From an uncultured Actinomycetes bacterium (GTDB lineage Bacteria > Actinomycetota > UBA4738 > HRBIN12): a stretch of 64,000 bases of DNA. A program made the position numbers and the translations under genes. The notes under the pieces were generated by a model, which ran no database searches, was not told the origin of the DNA, and worked only from the letters and a program-made list of their open reading frames with translations. The stretch is from NCBI GenBank assembly GCA_963704725.1, contig OY969934.1, forward strand, positions 1,685,138-1,749,137, read 5' to 3'. This document shows, piece by piece, positions 61,262 through 64,000 of this stretch. How positions within the stretch are numbered: the first letter of the stretch is position 1; every line of letters starts with the position of its first letter.

Positions 61262-62041
61262 ATGACCGAACCGGTGACGCTGGAGATCCGGGGCCTGGAG
61301 GCCTCGGTGGAGGACAAGCCGATCCTGAAGGGGATCGACCTGGTCGTGAAGCAGGGCGAGACCCACGCCCTGATGGGGCCGAACGGGTCGGGCAAGTCGA
61401 CGCTCGCCAACGTCCTCATGGGGCGGCCCGGATACCGGCTCACGGCCGGACAGGTCCTGTTCAAGGGCGAGGACATCACCAAGCTCACGGCCGACAAGCG
61501 AGCGGAGCGAGGGCTGTTCCTGGCGATGCAGTACCCGGTCGAGATCCCCGGCGTCTCGGTCGTGAACTTCCTTCGGACGGCGTACAAGAACGTCAAGGGT
61601 GAGGAGATCAGCGCCCTGGCCTTCCGCAAGCACATGAAGGAGAAGATGAACCTGCTCGGGGTCGAAGACGCCATGGTCCAGCGATACGTGAACCAGGGCT
61701 TCTCCGGCGGCGAGAAGAAGAAGAACGAGGTCCTGCAGCTCGCGGTGCTCGAGCCCGAGATCGCGGTGCTCGACGAGACGGACTCCGGTCTGGACATCGA
61801 CTCGCTGAAGGCGGTGGCGACCGGGATCGCCCAGCTGATCGGCCCCAACCTCGGCGTGTTGCTCATCACGCACTACCAGCGCATCCTCGACTACATCACG
61901 CCCGACTTCGTTCACGTGATGGTGGATGGACGTATCGTGAAGTCGGGCGGCAAGGAGCTCGCACACGAGCTCGAGGACAAGGGCTACGAGGGCCTGCGCA
62001 AGGAGCTCGGCCTCGAGGATGCCGCGGCGGCGACCACGTGA
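61262..62041 (+). CDS. sufC: Fe-S cluster assembly ATPase SufC
   Basis: 259 aa, from internal ATG of track ORF 61133..62041; Walker A GPNGSGKST, signature FSGGEKKKNE, Walker B VLDETDSG. Confidence 0.95.
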   Translation: MTEPVTLEIRGLEASVEDKPILKGIDLVVKQGETHALMGPNGSGKSTLANVLMGRPGYRLTAGQVLFKGEDITKLTADKRAERGLFLAMQYPVEIPGVSVVNFLRTAYKNVKGEEISALAFRKHMKEKMNLLGVEDAMVQRYVNQGFSGGEKKKNEVLQLAVLEPEIAVLDETDSGLDIDSLKAVATGIAQLIGPNLGVLLITHYQRILDYITPDFVHVMVDGRIVKSGGKELAHELEDKGYEGLRKELGLEDAAAATT

Positions 62042-62060
62042 TCGGGGAGGGGAGGGTGCG

Positions 62061-63314
62061 ATGTCGGTGACCGAAGAGCGGTCCGCGGGCCGTCTGGACG
62101 TCGCCCGGGTCCGGGCGGACTTCCCGATCCTGGAGCGGGTCATCAACGGCAAGCCGCTCGTCTACCTGGACTCCGCCGCGACCTCGCAGAAGCCGGCCGC
62201 CGTGATCGACGCCGAGGCCGACTTCTACCGGAACCACAACGCCAACGCGCACCGCGGCATCTACGCGCTCGCGGAGGAGGCGACCACGCTGTACGAGGAC
62301 GCCAGGGCTTCGCTGGCCCGGTTCGTCGGCGCCCCACAGCCGGAGACGATCGTGTTCACGCGCGGGACGACCGAGTCCACCAACCTCGTCGCGTACGCCT
62401 GGGCCAGGCGGTTCCTGTCCGAGGGCGACGAGATCCTCCTCACCGACATGGAGCACCATTCCAACATCGTGCCGTGGCAGCTCGCGGCGCGGACCACCGG
62501 CGCCGAGCTGCGGTACCTGCCCCTGACCGACGAGGGCCTGCTCGACCTGTCCGAGCTCGGCTCGCTGCTCACCGAGCGCACCAAGCTCCTGGCCGTCACG
62601 GGGATGTCCAACTCGCTGGGGACGCTGCCGCCGCTCCGCGAGCTCGTGGAGGCGGCGCACGCCGTGGGGGCGCTCGTCCTGGTGGACGGGGCGCAGCTCG
62701 TCCCACACGTGCCGGTGGACGTCACGGCGCTCGACTGCGACTTCCTCACGATCAGCGGACACAAGATGCTGGGCCCCACCGGGTCGGGCGGCCTGTACGG
62801 CAAGCTCGAGCACCTCGAGGCCATGGACCCGTTCATCTCGGGCGGCCACATGATCGACGAGGTCTTCCACGACCGCTCGACGTGGAACACGGTCCCGTTC
62901 AAGTTCGAGGGCGGCACGATGAACATCGCGCAGGAGGCTGCGCTCGGGACCGCGATCACGTATCTGGAGAGCCTCGGGATGGACGCCGTTCGCGAGCACG
63001 AGGAGGAGATCACGTCATACGCGATCGACCGCCTCCTCGACGTCGGCGCGACCGTGTACGGACCCAAGGACGTGAGCGTGCGCGGCGGCGCGGTCTCGTT
63101 CTGGTACAAGGACGTGCACCCCCACGACCTCGCGACGATCCTCAACGAGGAAGGGGTCGCGATCCGTGCGGGGCACCACTGCAACCAGCTCGTCATGCGC
63201 CGGTTCGGGGTGCCGGCGACGGCGCGCGCGAGCTTCTACGTGTACAACACCAGGGACGAGGTCGACGCGCTCATCGAGGCCCTGGCCAAGGCCGAGAGCG
63301 TGTTCGGGTTCTGA
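62061..63314 (+). CDS. sufS: cysteine desulfurase SufS
   Basis: Track ORF 62019..63314, start at MSVTEERS (RBS GGGAGGGGAGGG); PLP-lysine SGHKM and active-site Cys in HHCNQ. Confidence 0.95.
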   Translation: MSVTEERSAGRLDVARVRADFPILERVINGKPLVYLDSAATSQKPAAVIDAEADFYRNHNANAHRGIYALAEEATTLYEDARASLARFVGAPQPETIVFTRGTTESTNLVAYAWARRFLSEGDEILLTDMEHHSNIVPWQLAARTTGAELRYLPLTDEGLLDLSELGSLLTERTKLLAVTGMSNSLGTLPPLRELVEAAHAVGALVLVDGAQLVPHVPVDVTALDCDFLTISGHKMLGPTGSGGLYGKLEHLEAMDPFISGGHMIDEVFHDRSTWNTVPFKFEGGTMNIAQEAALGTAITYLESLGMDAVREHEEEITSYAIDRLLDVGATVYGPKDVSVRGGAVSFWYKDVHPHDLATILNEEGVAIRAGHHCNQLVMRRFGVPATARASFYVYNTRDEVDALIEALAKAESVFGF

Positions 63315-63331
63315 CGGGGAGCTGAGGGGAC

Positions 63332-63781
63332 GTGGCGCTCGACGAGATCTACAAGGAGGTCATCCTCGACCACTACAAGAACCCCCGGAACAAGCGGGAG
63401 ATGCCCGACGCGGAGCTGACCTGCTCCAAGAACAACCCGCTGTGCGGCGACGAGATCACGGTCTTCGTCCACCGGGAGGACGGCAAGGTGCTCGAGGTCT
63501 CGTTCGTCGGCCAGGGATGCTCGATCAGCCAGTCCTCGGCGTCGATGATGACCGAGGCCGTGAGCGGCAGGACCGTCGAGGAGGTCGACGCGCTGGCCGG
63601 GAGCGTCCGCGCCATGCTCTCCGGAGAGCTCGAGCCCGACGAGGACGCCTTCGGCGAGCTCGTCGCGCTCAAGGGCGTGGTGAAGTACCCCGTCCGCGTG
63701 AAGTGCGCCGTGCTGGCGTGGGACGTGCTCCAGGAGGCCCTCGCCGGCGAGGGCTCGAGCAGCGGGAGCTCTCCTCACTAG
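63332..63781 (+). CDS. sufU: SUF-type Fe-S scaffold SufU (NifU/IscU-like)
   Basis: 149 aa; GTG start; conserved NPLCGD and GQGCSIS. Confidence 0.9.
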   Translation: MALDEIYKEVILDHYKNPRNKREMPDAELTCSKNNPLCGDEITVFVHREDGKVLEVSFVGQGCSISQSSASMMTEAVSGRTVEEVDALAGSVRAMLSGELEPDEDAFGELVALKGVVKYPVRVKCAVLAWDVLQEALAGEGSSSGSSPH

Positions 63782-64000
63782 TTAGCTACGCCGGATCCCC
63801 ACGAAGCCCTCGGATCCGACGGGCCACCACTCCGCCGGGAGCGGGATCGACGCAGCCTCGAACCCGGCCCGGCGCAGGAGCTCGAGCCAGGCCGCTCGCG
63901 GGAAGAGTCCGCACACGTGCCGGTCGTGCTCCACCCGCACGGACCCGTCGAGCTCCCGCAGGACGTAGACGAGGTCCATCAGGTGCGTCTCGTCACCCGG
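63782..64000 (-). CDS. hypothetical protein, probably the 3' part of a gene starting beyond the window end
   Basis: Track ORF 63782..63979 (65 aa); the frame stays open upstream to the window edge, so it may be longer. No family assigned. Confidence 0.3.
   Translation of the reverse strand, partial: PGDETHLMDLVYVLRELDGSVRVEHDRHVCGLFPRAAWLELLRRAGFEAASIPLPAEWWPVGSEGFVGIRRS

Overview
High-GC (Actinomycetota-like, by inference) chromosomal segment, densely coding on both strands. Everything below comes from reading the sequence and the ORF track; no database search or folding was run, so family names are recognition-based and coordinates of non-ORF features are approximate. Left third: a partial FtsX-like permease, a LOG protein, an intein-containing radical SAM enzyme, a Zn-ribbon/RNase H/rnpB cluster, a TolB-like protein, lipA, a giant multi-PAS histidine kinase, an isolated E1 alpha/beta pair, an ACP-PlsC fusion and a phosphoesterase. 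Middle: a copper-homeostasis cluster (two-component system, Met/His-rich secreted protein, SHOCT and DUF2933-like proteins, CcdA/thioredoxin module, CsoR, CopA and a second P1B-ATPase with an unusual CPD motif), a complete 2-oxoacid dehydrogenase operon (lpd-E1a-E1b-E2) coupled to lipB, and a cobalamin-riboswitch-controlled BtuFCD-like transporter whose ATPase is frameshifted. Right third: the SUF Fe-S assembly locus (sufT-like, rhodanese, sufB, then sufD, Rieske, sufC, sufS, sufU), split between sufB and sufD by an ~11.8 kb island. The island carries a DUF222-HNH endonuclease, a comM 5' fragment, a Type I R-M system (hsdM, hsdS and a distal hsdR fused to an AlbA_2/Schlafen-like domain), a GIY-YIG nuclease, vapBC, and a DUF3024 / unknown / retropepsin-like protease gene string. 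That gene string, co-transcribed with the hsdR fusion, is my best candidate for an undescribed defence-type module. No rRNA, tRNA, CRISPR array, transposase or integrase was seen. Many long ORFs in the track are antisense shadows typical of high-GC DNA and were rejected.
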